A stretch of 64,000 bases of DNA from Salpingoeca rosetta (Eukaryota; Protista; Choanoflagellata), in assembly GCA_033442325.1 (NCBI GenBank), contig JAWQFM010000002.1, positions 324,403-388,402 of the forward strand, written 5' to 3'. This document shows, in pieces, positions 22,248-37,400 of this stretch. The notes beneath the pieces were generated by a model. It was not told the DNA's origin. It saw only the letters and a list, made by a program, of their open reading frames with translations, and searched no databases. Position 1 is the first letter of the stretch; the number at the start of each line of letters is the position of its first letter. The position numbers were made by a program, and so were the translations under genes.

Positions 22248-25093
22248 ATGGACTCCCGTCCAGAAGACAACCCTTTTGCACAGCAGGGCGCCATGGTGCC
22301 GCCCCAACACTATGATCAGCAGCAGCAGCAGCAGCATCAAACGACAACGGCGCCTGGGCAGCAGCCTCAGCAAATGATGCAGCACGCCATGAACGCCCAC
22401 ATGCCACAGCCCCAGCACCTGCCACAGCAGCAGCAACAGCAGCATCATCACCAAATGCAACCAGGCCACCTTCAGCACGGCGTGGCTGTCACAAGCACCA
22501 TGGGTGCCACACCGGGCATGACTCCTGACGCGGTACGTGTTTGTGTGTGTGTGTGTATGCGCTTGTGTGCGCGCTTGTGTTTGTGTGTGCATGTGCTTGT
22601 GTGCGCGTGTGTGTTTGTGTGCACATGTACGTGTTTGTGCTTGCATGTGTGTATGTGTGCATGTGCATCAAAGGCGCGTGATTCGCTGTCACCTGTTGCG
22701 AACAATTTCCCCATGTTTACTCCTACATCATCTCCTATTCGTATCCACATTCATACACTCCCTCACTTCACTCACCCTCAACTTCAGGCCCAGCTGGCAT
22801 GGACGCAGCCGTCCACCACATCTGTGCAAGCACACCAGCAACAGCCAGGTACGGCAGCCTGCTCGTGCCATGCTCATACCACCAGCGTGCTCTGTGACAG
22901 CACCGTACTGTTACGTGTGTTCATGTGTGTGTGTGCGTGTGTGTTCATGCGTGTTCTAACACTGCCTGCTTGTTCACCTGCCTTCACATCTACCTGCTGC
23001 CACCTGCCGCTGTTGGTTCTGCAGGCGTTTCCTCGTTTTCGGGATTTTCCGCAACGTCAGCCCACAGCACGCAGCAACAGCAACAGCAGCTGCCGTACGT
23101 TCACCACACACACACACACAGTTCTCGCCCCTCATCACTCAATGCACACACATACACATACACGTGCACATACACATACACGTGCACATCCACATACACA
23201 CGTGCACGTACACACCATCAGTGGGGTAAGTTTTTTTATCAGTGTTCTAACTGATGAGCACCATGCTCCCTCGCTCCGCTTCTTGACAGGGGCGGACTGG
23301 GCACGTCGGCGCCAGCAACATCGACAACACCGGCGTCGACAGCAGCTACCGCGATGGGCATGGTCCAGGGCACCCCACACGCGCTGCACCAGCAGCAGCT
23401 GCACGCCGCACCCCATCACCAGCATCAACAGCAAATGCATCTGCAGCACCAGCAGCTTCGCCAGCAGCACCAGCAGCATCACCACCAACAGCAACAACTG
23501 CACTTGCCACCTGGCATGATGTCGATGGCACCAACCACCTCCTCCCTGCAGGGCATGCCTGGCATGCAGCTTGTCACGTCTGCACCAGCACAGGCCACGT
23601 CGGCGCCTGTGATGGCGTCCACCGCGGGTGGCACCAGCGTCGCCGTCACCAGCAGCGGGGCGCCTGCAGCAAGAGCGACTGTGACCTCGGCCACGCCCGC
23701 CTCCATTGCCCGCGCAGCTCCGGGCACATCGGCGCCTGCCACGACCACCATGGCTGGAAGCGGCGCGGTAGCCACGTCGTCTGCAGCGGTCACAAGTGCC
23801 GGCGCAAAGCCCGCCATGCCGGCGTCGTCATCGTCTGCAGCAACATCGGCAATGGCAGCAGGCGGCGACAACCTCACGGCAGAGCAGCGCGAGCAGCGCA
23901 TGGTCGCGCTCACCATGACTTCCGTGCGTTTCTTGACCGTGCTTGCTTGTGTGTGTGTTGCGTGTGTGGTTGTGTACGTACGTGAATGCGTGTTTGAGAA
24001 CGTGAATGCCTGCCTGTGTGCGGCTGCGTGTGTATGCTGTGAGTACATGCCTGCCTGTGTGCGGCTGCATGGCTTTTCCGTCTTCATCTCACGACTCCAT
24101 TACCTGCCCATTCCCGTCACCACGGTGGTGCAGATGCAGCCCGGGTCTAGGGACGGCAGCGGCCAGCAGCAGCGCCACCTGCAGCACCAGCACCAGGGCC
24201 AGGGCGCGGGGCAGTCAAAGGCCCAGCACCAACAGGTGTGACTGAAATGCACGTGTTTGAATGCTCGCATGCATGTGAGTGAGTGTGTGCGTACGTTTGT
24301 ATGTGAGTGTGTGAGTGTGTGAGTGTGTGTGAGTTTCGCCGCGGGGTTGTTTGCATCCACCCTTGACCTTGTTTGTTCCTTTCTGACGTTGTGTGTTCCT
24401 CCCTCCTCCCCTCATGATCTTCCTCTAGATGCCTGCATCTTCGCAGCAGTATGCGCAGCACATTGTGCACTCCCAGGCCTCTGGCGTGCCTTTCACCTCC
24501 GCGAGCATGAACCAGGTATGTTTGATCCTGACGCGTGTGCGTATGTGAACATGCGTGTACGCTTGATCTACAAAGCTCTCCCCTTTGTGCATCGGTTGTA
24601 TGCCATGGGCGTCGTTTGTGGCGCTCTGTACAAGCGGCATGCCTAGCTCCATTACCCTTGTTTTTCTTCTTGATAATGTCATTTTATCGCCAACTCCCCC
24701 AGGACGGCTCCTCTGGCAACGTGCACATCAAGCAGGAGCAGGTTGGTTGCGCCCATGTACCGCCACAACCATGGCAGCTTCTTGTTGTTCTCGTTGGTTA
24801 TTGGTTGCTCGTTGTGCCTTCAACAACTAGCCGCCCCCACGTTTTGTTGTGTTTTCGCCACCACTCACATGATGTCTCGTGCCCGTGCACCTGCTGCAAT
24901 GCAGACTGCTGCTCTGACGGAGATGGCGAGCAACGGCGCCTTTGGCGGCCACCGCCGGCTCAAGGTCGAGGACGCCCTCACTTACCTCGACAGGGTATGT
25001 CTTGTTTGTTGGTGTTTGGCTTGCTTTTGGCTTGGTTTGTTTGTTCTTGTTCTGTTGGCGTTGTCGTTCTTGCTGCGCCCGTTTTGTCTGTGG

Positions 25094-25152
<59 letters not shown>

Positions 25153-27457
25153 CCGCATTGATAATGTATTCATGTCTTCTTTTCTCTCGCAACAAACAGG
25201 TGAAGGCGCACTTTGGCTCGCAGCCAACCGTGTACAACTCCTTCCTCAACATCATGAAGGACTTCAAGTCGCAAAAGTACGCACGTGTGCACAGCGGCAC
25301 CCTGATGTTACCCTCTCGTGCTGCTGCGCCCGCTGATGTGTGAACATGCATTGATCGCCTTTTTGAAGATGGTTTGGGTGTGCCAATTGATTTGGTTGGA
25401 TCTCACCCATACGTTTGATGTTTTGCTCTGTGTACTTTTCTCTTCTGCCTCCTCTATCCCTTCTGCCTTGCCCTCGCCAATTTCCCCGCGTGTGTGCCTG
25501 CTTCTCTTCTCATCCCCCCTCTCTTCTGGTTTGCAGCATCAACACGCCTGACGTGATCAAGAACGTCTCCCAGCTGTTTGAGGGACATCCGGAGCTCATT
25601 GTTGGCTTCAACACGTTCCTCCCACCAGGCTACAAGATTGAGATTCCCGATGAATCACAGGTGTGTGTGTGGAACATGTGTGTGCATGTGCGTGTATGTG
25701 TATGTGCGTGTGCATGTGTGCATGTGTGCGTGTGTGCGTGTGCGTGTGCATGTGTGCGTGTATCTGTGTGGATGTGTGTGGATGTGTGGGGAACATGTCT
25801 GCGCTTCCAACTCCAGCATGCAGCGCATGCATTTGTTCATTGTTCAAACATAACGCACCCACTTACCTTTACCGCCCCTTTTTTCCTTGCGCACATCTTC
25901 CGCTCGCCTCTGTCGTCCGCAGCCTGAGCAGATTGTTGTGAGCCAGCCGCGCAAGCAGCTTGAGTTCTCCCACGCCATCCAATACGTCAACAAGATCAAG
26001 GTGTCGTTCCTGCTGCGATCCACTGCATCCTTCAGAGTGCATGTGCTTTGCTGCGCTGTCGCTGTGTACCTCCACTTTCATGACCAGCACCATGACCATC
26101 ATCACCAGCACCGTGACCATCCCCCCTGCCTGTACTCACGCAATCTCCTTTCCTGCGACACGTCCTTGCGTGCGTGCCTGTGTGCTGAAACACAGACACG
26201 GTTCCAGTCAAACTCTGAGGTGTACAAGACGTTCCGCAAGATCCTGGACACGTATCAGAAGGAGCAGAAGACCATCTCGGAGGTGTACGAGCAGCTCGCC
26301 AAGTTGTTTGAGAATCACATTGACCTGCTTGAGGAGTTTTCGCAGTTCCTTCCCGAGGCAATCCCGGCAGCCAAGGCGTACAAGGAGCGCCAGCTGCAGG
26401 AGGCCGCTCGCCAGCAGCAGAAGCGAAAGGCGGTGCGTCAACACACAAAGACTGCGCACGTGTGTGTATGTATGTGTGTGTGTACTTATGTGTTTGTAAT
26501 GTGTGTCTAGCGTGGAGTGTGGTCCACGATCACGCTGATCGCTCCCTGTACCTTGTGATGTCTTGGCTCATTCACGAAACCCCTTTCTCTCTCCCTTGCA
26601 ACCCCTCTCCCCGTCTCATCATGTCATTGACCGTGTGTTGTACATGACAGGAGGCGCCGAAGCAAACACAGCAGCGTGCTGCCGCAAGCGCCGCGGAGAC
26701 AGATGAGGCGCAGCCGACCAAGCGTGCAAAGGAGGAACGGCGGCTGACAGGCGTTGAGAACAGGCCGCTTTCGAGCTACGTCCTCACCGACGAACTTCAG
26801 TTCTTCGACAACGTACGCACGCCCATGAACACGCAAACATGCACATGCACACGCATATGTTGCCTGTGTTGCCTGCAAGGCTTGCTCGGCCTTTTTCTGG
26901 CTTCGCCTGCTAAGTTAGCGCCACACGCCCCCCCCCCCCTTATCCTGCTCCTCTTGCCATTCTCATCTGTGTACTCTGGTCGCTCATACATGCCTGTCTC
27001 GTGTGCGTACATTCGATGTGTGTGTTCGCCGTTTCAGGTCAAGCGCCTGCTGCAGCCGCGCCCGCTGTATGACGACTTTCTGCGCTGCCTCAACCTGTAC
27101 AACAACAACATCATCAGCCGGGAGGAGCTGGTCACGGTTGCATCCAACTTCCTCGACAAGTACCCATCGCTGCTGCGCTGGTTCCGCCGCTTTGTTGGCG
27201 TTGGCGACGACGGCGAGGTCCTTGACCCGCATCAGCACGACATTGGTCAGTCCAATTGTTCATCTTTTGGCGAGGAGGAGTGCGAGGGAAGCAGTGCTTT
27301 CTCTTCTTGCCATTGCTTGTGTGCTGTGTGCCTGGTTGTGTGCTCGCTTGACAGTATAAACCATGGCGTGGCTCTGACCACGTGACGACCACCCACGCCC
27401 TTCACATGGTGAATGGGGCTGTTCTCATCTTTTGTCTGATGTCCATCGTCACGTGAT

Positions 27458-27556
<99 letters not shown>

Positions 27557-30504
27557 CTCTTTGCGCAGACCTGAACACGTGCCTGCAGGTTGAGGTGAGC
27601 TACCGCCGCCTGCCCGACGAGTTTCAGCACGCCCAGTGCAGCGGCCGCAAGAACATGGACCCATCACGTGAGTCGCTGCTGTCGGCCAAACTGACATGAG
27701 CTTTCACGCATCAGTTATTCTCCCATTAGATTTGTGCTTCATGTTAGCACAGCACACCAGTGCTTACTCCCACACTGTCAGTCTCGCCCACTCTCACCCC
27801 CGCATGCCCCTCACCCCACCGCACACCTCTCTGACTTGTCTTCACTCCCCCAGTGCTTGAGACGCTGAACAACCGCTACGTGTCGTTCCCGTCGTGGACG
27901 AGCGAGGACAACCAGTTTGTCACCGGCAAGAAGACGCAATACGAGGACAATCTCTTCAAGGTAATGCATGAGCTGCTGTTGTGTTTGTCAATAGCAGCTG
28001 CGAGCCCGGGAGCTGAGTGGCTCACGCTCACACGTCTTGTTGACCCACTAACTTCTCTTCCTTGTGTGTGTGTGTGCCATGCGCGTCCTTGCAGGCTGAG
28101 GACGAGCGGTTTGAGCTGGACATGCTGCTGGCAACGAACCAGTCCACCATCAACGCCCTGCAGACGTGCTACCGAGAGTGCAGAAGCAAAACAAACGCCG
28201 GCGAGACGTACACGCTCGACACAAAGCAATTCGGCACAAACAGCCACGTGAGTGTATGTGGTGTGCGTGCGTGCGTGTGTGTGCGCGTGCGTGTGTGTGT
28301 GTGTGCGTGCGTGCGTCATGTCGGTCCATGTGCGTGCTTGCGTGGCTGTGAGCGCACAGGCGAGCTCCGCCTTAGCTGTGTTCTTCGTTCATTGTCCCCC
28401 CCCCTTTTTTTCTTTGCTTGTGTTCGCTGTGCTGCTGTTTTGCTAACACGTGTCTGTGGCCATGTGCCCCCCTCCCCCACCTTCCTCCTTGTCAACTCAG
28501 GCGATCCACCACCGCAGCTTGAAGCGGCTGTACGGCGAGCACCTGGAAGAGGTCCTGAACGGCCTCGCCAGCAACCCGCTCAAGAACCTCCCCATCATCA
28601 TCTCCCGCCTCTCCCAAAAGGTGCGCGTCTTCGTATTGCTGCATATTGCGGCATATTTGTTGCGCATTTCCTGTTGGTCCTCCTCCTCCTCCTCCTCCTG
28701 GTGCGGAGTCATGCACATGCCCGCTGCTCGATGCACGATGCTCACATGTGTGTGTGTGTGTTTGTGTGCTCGCCTCCCTTGCTGTTGGATGTCAACCGTG
28801 AGCAGCAAAAGGAGTGGAAGGAGGTGCAGTTCTCCTGGAACCGGGAGTGGAAGCTTGTGTTTGACGAGAACTACCTGCGTGCGCTCGACCAAATTGGACC
28901 CTCGTCCAAGAAGAAGGACTTGAACGAGCTCAAGCCAAAGGCCATTCGCCAAGGCTTCAAGGAGCAGGCCGAGGCTCGCGCTGCGGTGAGTTTGCACCCG
29001 CTGTGTGTGTGTGTGTGCGTGTCCTGCATCGTTCGCGCGCTGTGCTGTCGGCCTCTTGCTTCGTTCTAGTTTTGTCTGTCGTCTTGGGCGTTTGATATGC
29101 AAGCGGTGTACGATGTGCTTTGGAGTCTGGTGCCCTTGTTCTCACGCCTTGCTGCATATGCGTGCGCTTGCATGTAAACGCACAGTACTTTGCACGTCTG
29201 CAGGAGCAGGGCGCTTCTCCTCCTGGCGACGCCCCGCTTGCCCGCCGTGTCTTCGACCTCCCTAAGGTGCACACAGAGCGGCAATGCACGTGTGTGATTG
29301 TTCACGTGCATGTGTGTGTGTACGTGTGCGTGTGTGTACGTGTGTGTATGCTTGGTTTGTGTCTGCAAGGGAGTTGAGATGAAACATCCTTTCGTCCTCG
29401 CACACGCTCTCATTGATGTATCCCTGATCCACAACAAACATGCCTTGCGACTTGTTGCCTGCCAGACAAATGCCATGGATGCATTTTTGGAGCTGTTCAA
29501 GGCGGCCATGAACAAGCACGCCGAGAAGGCCTGCGACAAACAGCTCATGATTGTACGTCTGGTAACCCGACTCTGCCTCACTTGCGCTTGTTGATCCGCT
29601 CTGAGACTTAGGCCTTATCCGACACCCAAACCTGCACACACATACACATTACGAACACACACACACATATTACGAACACACTCACTCACACATACACACA
29701 CACTCACTTACATGCTCACACATACACACAGGTGCTGTTCAAGACGATGGCTGGCTTTGTGAGAGGCGATGACATCTCGGAGGGTGTGTCTGCGCTGTGC
29801 CCTGTTGCACCCGCTGCCGCTCCCGCAGAGGAGGAACACGAGCAGCAGGAGCAGCCACAGCAACAGCAGGACCAGCAGGAGCAGCCACAGCAACAGCAGG
29901 ACCAGCAGTCGTCGTCCCAAGATACCACAGCCATGGATGCATCACAGGACACCTCCGACAGTGCCACCACTGCCGCTGCCACCACCACAGAGGGCGGTGC
30001 CACGACCACCACGGACACGTCGACTGATGCCGCGGACACGTCAACAGACGCAGCAAACACGTCGACCACCACCACCACCAAGGAGGAGGACACACAGGAA
30101 GACAGCAAGGACATGGAGACCATGCCAGACGCTAAGACGACGTCCACTGCAAACGGTGCGCGTGTGTGTCATTTGCATGTGTGTCGTGCGCATGGCTGAA
30201 TGTGCAAGTGGGTGAATGTGTGTTTGTGTGTGTACATGTGTACATGTGTGCATATGTGTGTGTGTGTACGTGTGTACATGTGTGCATGTGCGTGTAGTCG
30301 TGTGGGACATTGCCATTGTATCCCCCTCCCCTCTTCCCTCAAAACGAGGTGTGCCGGGATTACCACGACAGGAATTGCTTTTGAGGTGCAGCTGCCGGAC
30401 CTGGAGGAGCGCCGCCGCCAGGCACCGCGATCCTTCTTCACCTCCACCAAATGGGCCATCGCCTTTGTCCTCTTCGAGGTCCGGCAGCGTTTGTGCATGT
30501 GCAA

Positions 30505-30542
<38 letters not shown>

Positions 30543-31515
30543 ATATGTGTACTTGTGTCTGGCACATGACAACGTCATTGACCGTCCTGCCGGTTCACGC
30601 CCTGTGTACGTGATGCGTGTGCGTGTGCTGTAGACGCTGTATGAGCGGATTGCGCGCGTGAAGGAGCTGTGTGAACTCACCAAGGAAGCCGCCAAGCTGC
30701 CTCCAAGCGAACTCGCCAACATCGACCCCGCCATCGCCCTTGCTGTCAAGCTCGAAGGTGAGTCGCGTACAACAAGAGAAACAAAACAAATATAAAACTG
30801 GTGCTTGTGTGTGTGTGTGTTGATAGTTTCTGCTGCACCTGTGTGATTCATTTCTGTGTGCCTCATAGATTTCGTTGCACTCGTCCCGCAGCCCTCACAT
30901 TGTCCCTTTCTTGCCCTCGACCATTTCTGATTGGCTCGTGGCATTGACGCTGCAGGCGACGTGGCGAAGGACCAGCACTTTGAGCAGTTTATGGCCTGCA
31001 CGAAGGACCTCATTGCGAGCCCGGCCGACCAGTCTGCCTACGAGGAGGCCATGCGCAAGATGTTCGTCACACACGCGCACCGCCTCTACAGCATCGACCG
31101 TCTCTTTGGCTACCTCTTCAAGCAGGTGTGTGTGTGTGTGTGTGTAATTTTGTGGTCGTGTTTGTGTTTGTACTTTTTGGGCTGCCAACACGCCCACACC
31201 CTCTCTGCTCCATCTGTTAATTCCTCACACACACATGCGCGCGCACACAAACAAACACACCTCTGCACGACCAGATGTACTCTGTTGTCCTGGACCACAG
31301 CAGCCTGCACCTCCTGAGGCTGCACCAGGAGCGGTTCGGCCAGTCTGCAGGCATCGGCTCTGCGTATCACAAGGCCGCCCTTGACCATCTCGAGGACAGG
31401 GCTGCGCTGTACAAGGTCACGCGCACGGGTGAGCATCTCTCCATCGAGCTCATTGGCGACGGAAAGGTCCCCTGTGATGACGACATCCCAGACAAGACGG
31501 TATGTTTTGATGCGC

Positions 31516-31566
<51 letters not shown>

Positions 31567-33084
31567 CGTGCATGCTTGCGAGTGTCATACTGCTTCATGC
31601 CCTTTGCCTCAAGTTCTCATGCTTGTTTTTTTTTTCTTCGTTTGTTCACTCTTTCCATGTTTACGGCTGCAGAGCGAGTGGGCCAAGTATGTTGAAAAGT
31701 ATGTGAAGTACGACTCGGTCGATAGCGACCTTCTTGACCAGGGCAAGGCCCCGCCATTCCTCACAAGGTGAGATACGCACGAGTTTTGCAACACGTACGG
31801 CACAAGACACGCGGCAGACACGCGATTACCCACCACCACAAGTGTATGTATTCGTTGCTCCAGTGCTGTTGTAGAAGATGCTCACGAGGGCGAACGAACA
31901 AACTGTGCTGCAGGTCATACAACCAGGCCGGTGTTCCACACGAGACGGCCATGGACGGGTGCCTCTATGTTGATCGCCTGAACGCCAGGTTCCTCCTGGG
32001 CGACTACCGCCTGCGCATGGCTCCAAACGTGCGTGACCTTCCGCAATGCCGCGTGTTTGTGTGTGCATGTCTTGTGATGTGATGCGAGGCTTTGCGTGCA
32101 TGCCTGTCTGTGTAGGCGTGTGCGTGTGTGCGTGTGACGCCCATTGACTGTTTTTGCGCCTCGCCTTCATGGCCGTACTCACGTGAAGTTGCTGTGCTAC
32201 CTTGCTCTGACGCCCGTGTCATCCCACTTCACCCCACTCCCACCCGTCACCCAGGGCTGGGATGTGTTTGCGCGCCCTGGTACCAACCGGTCGTGGTCTG
32301 ACAAGAAGCACGTGGCGGCCTCTGCTGCGTTCCACCGCCAGATTGACCGCGCCCTCAAGCCCGAGCAGCGGGCTCCAGATGACAAGCTCTTCCTTGGGCC
32401 TCACGGTTGGTTGGAAACGCAAGGTGGTGGTGGCGGTCGTGGTGGTGGTGGCATGCACGGGTGCTGACTCCACGGCTCATTGTGATGCCTTGGGCGTTGC
32501 TCGCCACGAGACGATTGCTTTTCGCAATTTTCCGCGATGCTGTGTTTGTGGTTTCTCACGACGCATGCACCACCATGTGTTGAACGTGGTTGATTGGTTG
32601 ATCGATTGTAGGCACACACATGTTCTCCACCAAGACGGTGAATGGCGTGACTGTGCGCATGTGCACGTCCGCCAACTCAACAGACAAGACAGATACGACA
32701 ACGTCCAAGGGTGGGTTGCCTTGTACATGTGTGCGTGAGCGTGCGCGTGCGTGTGAGCGTGAGCGTGAGTGTGCGTGCGCGTGCGCGTGTGCGTGCGCGT
32801 GTGAATGTGCGTGTGAATGTAAACGTATCCGTGAACACAGAAACGTGCACATCTGTGCTTATCGTCTCCTGGGCAGCGGCTTACTCACATGGCTGTCCCC
32901 GTGTGGTGTTTTGGCATGATCGACAACAGGCTCGTCAGCAGAGGAGAGCGCGAAGCAGCCGGCCTCGTCGACTGCTGAAACAACACAGGGTACAGCCACT
33001 GATACCAAGGCCGAGGAGCCCAAGGCAGAGGAGTCGCAGAAGACGACCACTTCTGCCAGCCCACCTGCCACGACCACCGCTTGA
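22248..33084 (+). CDS. SIN3: Sin3 corepressor (paired amphipathic helix protein), many exons
   Basis: PAH1 [48 protein letters not shown]; PAH2 [23 protein letters not shown]; PAH3; HDAC-interaction domain [30 protein letters not shown]; C-terminal YEEAMRKMF. The start within the Q/H-rich N-terminus is approximate. Confidence 0.93.
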
Positions 33085-34461
33085 AGGAGGCATGCAGCTG
33101 TAAACTACTGCCAGTCGTGCCGCTGTTGACAGGCCAAGTCTACCTTCGTGTACCCGTTTCGTTTCTCGCCCTCCGCCTTTTTTTTTCTGTTTCGTTTGCA
33201 GCATCATTTCCTCGACCCCCACGAACAACAACAACAACAACACCTGTGCTGCTTCTGTGTTTCTCGCGCTCTCTTATGCATCTGGCATCATGAGGTTTGT
33301 TCTTTTCTGTTGGTGAATGTGCATTGCACCGACTACACCTGTCTCCCCACGTTCTCCCTTCAGTCCATGCTCTCCTTGTTTTTGTCGGGGCTGATCGCTT
33401 GCCAACTCCAGTGCGCGCTGACCCTGTTGTGGATATTGCGGAGACAAGAGGAGCCAGGGGTGGCACATGTACGTTGGGTGTTCCCTTTGCTTTGGTGGTG
33501 TGTAATTGAAAGTGTTGGTGTTGGCATTGTGTGTCGGCGTGTGCTGGCCCATGCCCCTTCACGTTGCGGTTTGTTGTTGGCTTGTTCGTGTGTTTGTTTT
33601 GTCGGTTGATTGGTTGCTTCTGTCCTCCTCCTCTTCCCCCGCGATGCCTTCCTTCTTGCCCCGCCCCGCCCCTCACTATATTCTCTCTATTCCTCTCAAC
33701 CTTCTCTTCTTCCGCCTTTGTGCTTCTTCATCTGACATGTGGCGTGTGCGGCTTTGAGCCCTTGCTGCTGCTCTGCTGCGCTTGCTGCATGTTCTCTTGT
33801 CCAGCCCTTGTTCTCTTTGACTGACCCTTACGCGTTGTTTATTGCTCACATGTTTGTGTACGTGTGTTGTTGATGTGCGTTTTGGACGCGTTGTTGTCGT
33901 AGCTGGTGGTTGTTTGTCCCATCCGTACGCGTGCGTGCGTGTGTGTGTGTGTGTGTATGTGCGCGCGCACGGGAAGCAACGTATTCAGTTGTCTCACGTT
34001 CTTCTTGTCTTCGCTTCATTCCATGCACTGCTTCAGCTTTTTCTCCCCTCAATACAACAACCAACCCATCACCACTGCTGCAAGAGCGTGGAAAGCACAA
34101 TCGTTCTCACACAAGAAGCACACCAACTAACTCTTCATCACGAGGTTTGTGTTTCCATTGTTTCTCTGTCTTGAACCAAGGTCCACAACACCACAACAAG
34201 CCGAGGTGCAAAGTACAAAACATAGAACATACACACACACACACACAGGCAAGAAGCAAGCACATAAACGCAAACAAGAGAGATACAACCTAGCAGCCGC
34301 CGCCACAAAAGCAGTCAACTTGAAACAAGGGGGAAAGGAGAATGGCATGCGCCAGTTTTGAACAAGATGGAAGATGAAAAGGCGCATTGGGGAGGGGGGG
34401 GGGGTACGCATGGGCTGTTGTGTTTTGGGGGAGGGGGGTTGGCAATCACTGCCGTTGCAGC

Positions 34462-37400
34462 TCAGAAGAGGAGGGCGAGTTTCTTTTTCTGTTGCTGGCG
34501 CCAGAGTGGTAGTGCCTGAAACTCGACCTTGGTGCATCCGAATACTTGCACGAAGACATCGTCTGGTAAACACAGCAACAAGATGGCATGCATGTGAGTA
34601 CAGGACACATTGCACCGCAACAACAGCAACACACGCACGCACACATAAACATACACATATAAACACACATATCACACGTACACGCACACACACACATATC
34701 ACACGTACACACGCACGCACGCACAAACAGCAACACCTCAAACCCAGACATACAAGCGTTCTCCCATGCGCACACACAGTGCACACATGAACAAGCATGC
34801 GCAACAAACAACGCCTTACCGCTCAAGTATCGCTCCTTGCAGGCGAGGTCGATGCCAAGGCGCTTCAGCTTGCTGTGATGTGTCGTTTGCAACTCCCTGA
34901 GTGGCAGGACAAGCTCGCTGCTCTGGCCACCCACGTCCTTCTCGCCACTGCCACTGCTGTTGCTGCTGCTATCTGAGCCGCCCCGATCCTTTCTTCGGCT
35001 CAGGAAACGGCGCCACTGCACCGCAATGCAACAGCAGGACATCAAGTACACAGTGAGTTCATGAGATGAGGGAGGACACTGGTTTCCACATGCATACGCA
35101 CGCACATACAAGTACAAGCATGCAAGTAACTAGACCATACATCTCCAACACACACATGTACACACACACACACATGAACACACATGAACACACACGCACA
35201 TACATGTGCACACACACATGTACACACACATGTACACACACACACACATGTACGCACACACATGTACGCACGCACACACATGTACGCACGCACGCACACA
35301 CACACACACATAGAAACGCCCGCACACCTTGCTGGGGGAGTCCGGTGGGGCGCTACCCTCGTCATGTGTCTGTGCGAGGGGGTCAAGTGCATCAGAACCA
35401 CGTGATGGCTTGGGCGCAGGCCGCGGAGGTGTGCGCGGATTACTGCTGAAGGTTGTCACCCTGGATGGCGAAGGTGGTGGCTTTGCCGCAGCAATTGCCG
35501 TTGTGGTGGTGTTGCTGCTGTTGGTGGGTGGCGGTGCCATTTGGTCGCTGGCTGCTGTCGCCGGCTGTGCCGCTGTTGATGTGTCTGTGGATGAGGATGC
35601 TCCTGCCGTTGGATGACCAATGGTGATGGAGGGGCGGTTTGCCACGAGACTCATGCGTGGCGTCTTCGCGTCGACCATGCGCTCGTAGCTTGACTTGCGC
35701 ACCAGCGCAACAGGTTCGCTCGCACGCGCTGTTGCCTTGGCGCCCACACTGCCATCTGCAGGCGACGCAGAGATGCTGGACTTGGCCGTTGCCACTCCAG
35801 ACGGTGATGAGGGTGTATCGGCAGGAGTGGCAGAATCCTTGCTCGAACGCGTTGCTGCTGGCGGCTTGAGTGGCTGAAGTTCGTGCTCCTTCTGTCGCTG
35901 CTCAAACATGGCGCGAACAGCCTGCACGTTGCTTGTTCCATCCGAGCACAAGGACGGGCGCGGCGATGTCACGACAGGTGGAACGAGCGACAGCTTCTTG
36001 CCAGGCTTTGACCCGCGCTCGGCCAGGCGCTGCTTGAGGTCTTCAATCACGCCACGCGGGGCCGCTGCGGTTGTGGACGGCGCCAAGGACGACGAAGAAG
36101 AAGATGCAGTTGTTGCCGCCGACTGCTGCTTCAAGCGCACAACTGAGTCAACACCAGTCTGGTTTGCCCGTTGCTGTTGTTGCTGCTGCTGCTCGCGGCG
36201 TCGAAGCATGCCGGCAGCGGCAGCGGCAATATCGCCTGCGGTCATGCTCGTTGTCTGCGTTGTCATGCTGCTGTCGGACGCGCTGCTCGTTTGGTCGCTG
36301 GCGTCGCTGCCAGCAACAGACGGCGCTGGTGGCATTGGAGGTGGTGGCGGCGGCGGCGTAGCAGATGAGGGTGGTGAGGGCCCACGCTTCGTTTTCGCAG
36401 CTGGCGACGGCGGCGCTGAGGATGCCGGGGACGTGGCGGTGCTGGATGAGTCATCAGTGGCCGTGCTGCGGCGCTTGGAGAAGAGCTTGCGAATGGACCG
36501 CGACATGCTGCCGGAGCGATCACGATCACGCGAACGGGATTCGTTTGGTGCTGCAGACGAGGACGACGAGGAGGAGGAGGAAGAAGAAGCAGCTGCGTTT
36601 GCACTTGAAGCTTCATTGGCTGCGCCTTTGCTGTTGCTGCTGTCCTTGGACTGGGCAGTTGTGCCCGCTGTGCGGCGTTGCCGATTGACGCTGGAGCGCT
36701 TCGAGCCGCCACGCTCAAACATACGAATGAGATCGCTCAGGCGGCCACCGCGAGAGCGGCCTTCAGCGGCCTTGCTGCTACCGTTGCTGTTGCTGGTGGT
36801 GGTGGCGGCTGCAGCTGCTTCATCGGAGAATGTTGGCGTTGGCTCTTCCTCGTGAAGGGTTTCCAAGCGGCCAGACTTGCCGTACGCGCCACGCTGTCGT
36901 TCCTTGTCGTCCTTCTTGCCCTGCTTCTTGTCCTTACTGCCTGCATCGTCATCGCTTGAACTAGAGAAGCGGCGGAAGGACTTGCGGAGGAACCAGGACG
37001 TGGATGAACGACGGCGCGTGCTGGATGATTCAGTATCGCTGTTGTCGCCATCACCATCGCCATCGTCATCAACGCTCATGCTGTTCCTCGCGTTGGTGCT
37101 GCCGATGCTGCTGCGCTTGCTGGTTGTCTGCTTATCTTCGTCGTCCGACTCCTCGCTCTTGCTTGTTCTGCGCGGAGCGAGAATCAGAAAGCGGGGCCGA
37201 GACTTGCTTGACTTTGAAGGTGGGGATGACGTCGATGCTGCTGCCGCTGATGATGATGTTGCTGTGGTGCTGCTGGTGGCCTTTGCTGCTGCGGCCGCAT
37301 CGGTTGTCGATGGTGATGACGATGACGCTGTGGGTGACGCGGGAGCAATACTCGCCGACGCTGCTTGCTGTGCAGTAGCACCAGCAACTGTTGTGGGTGC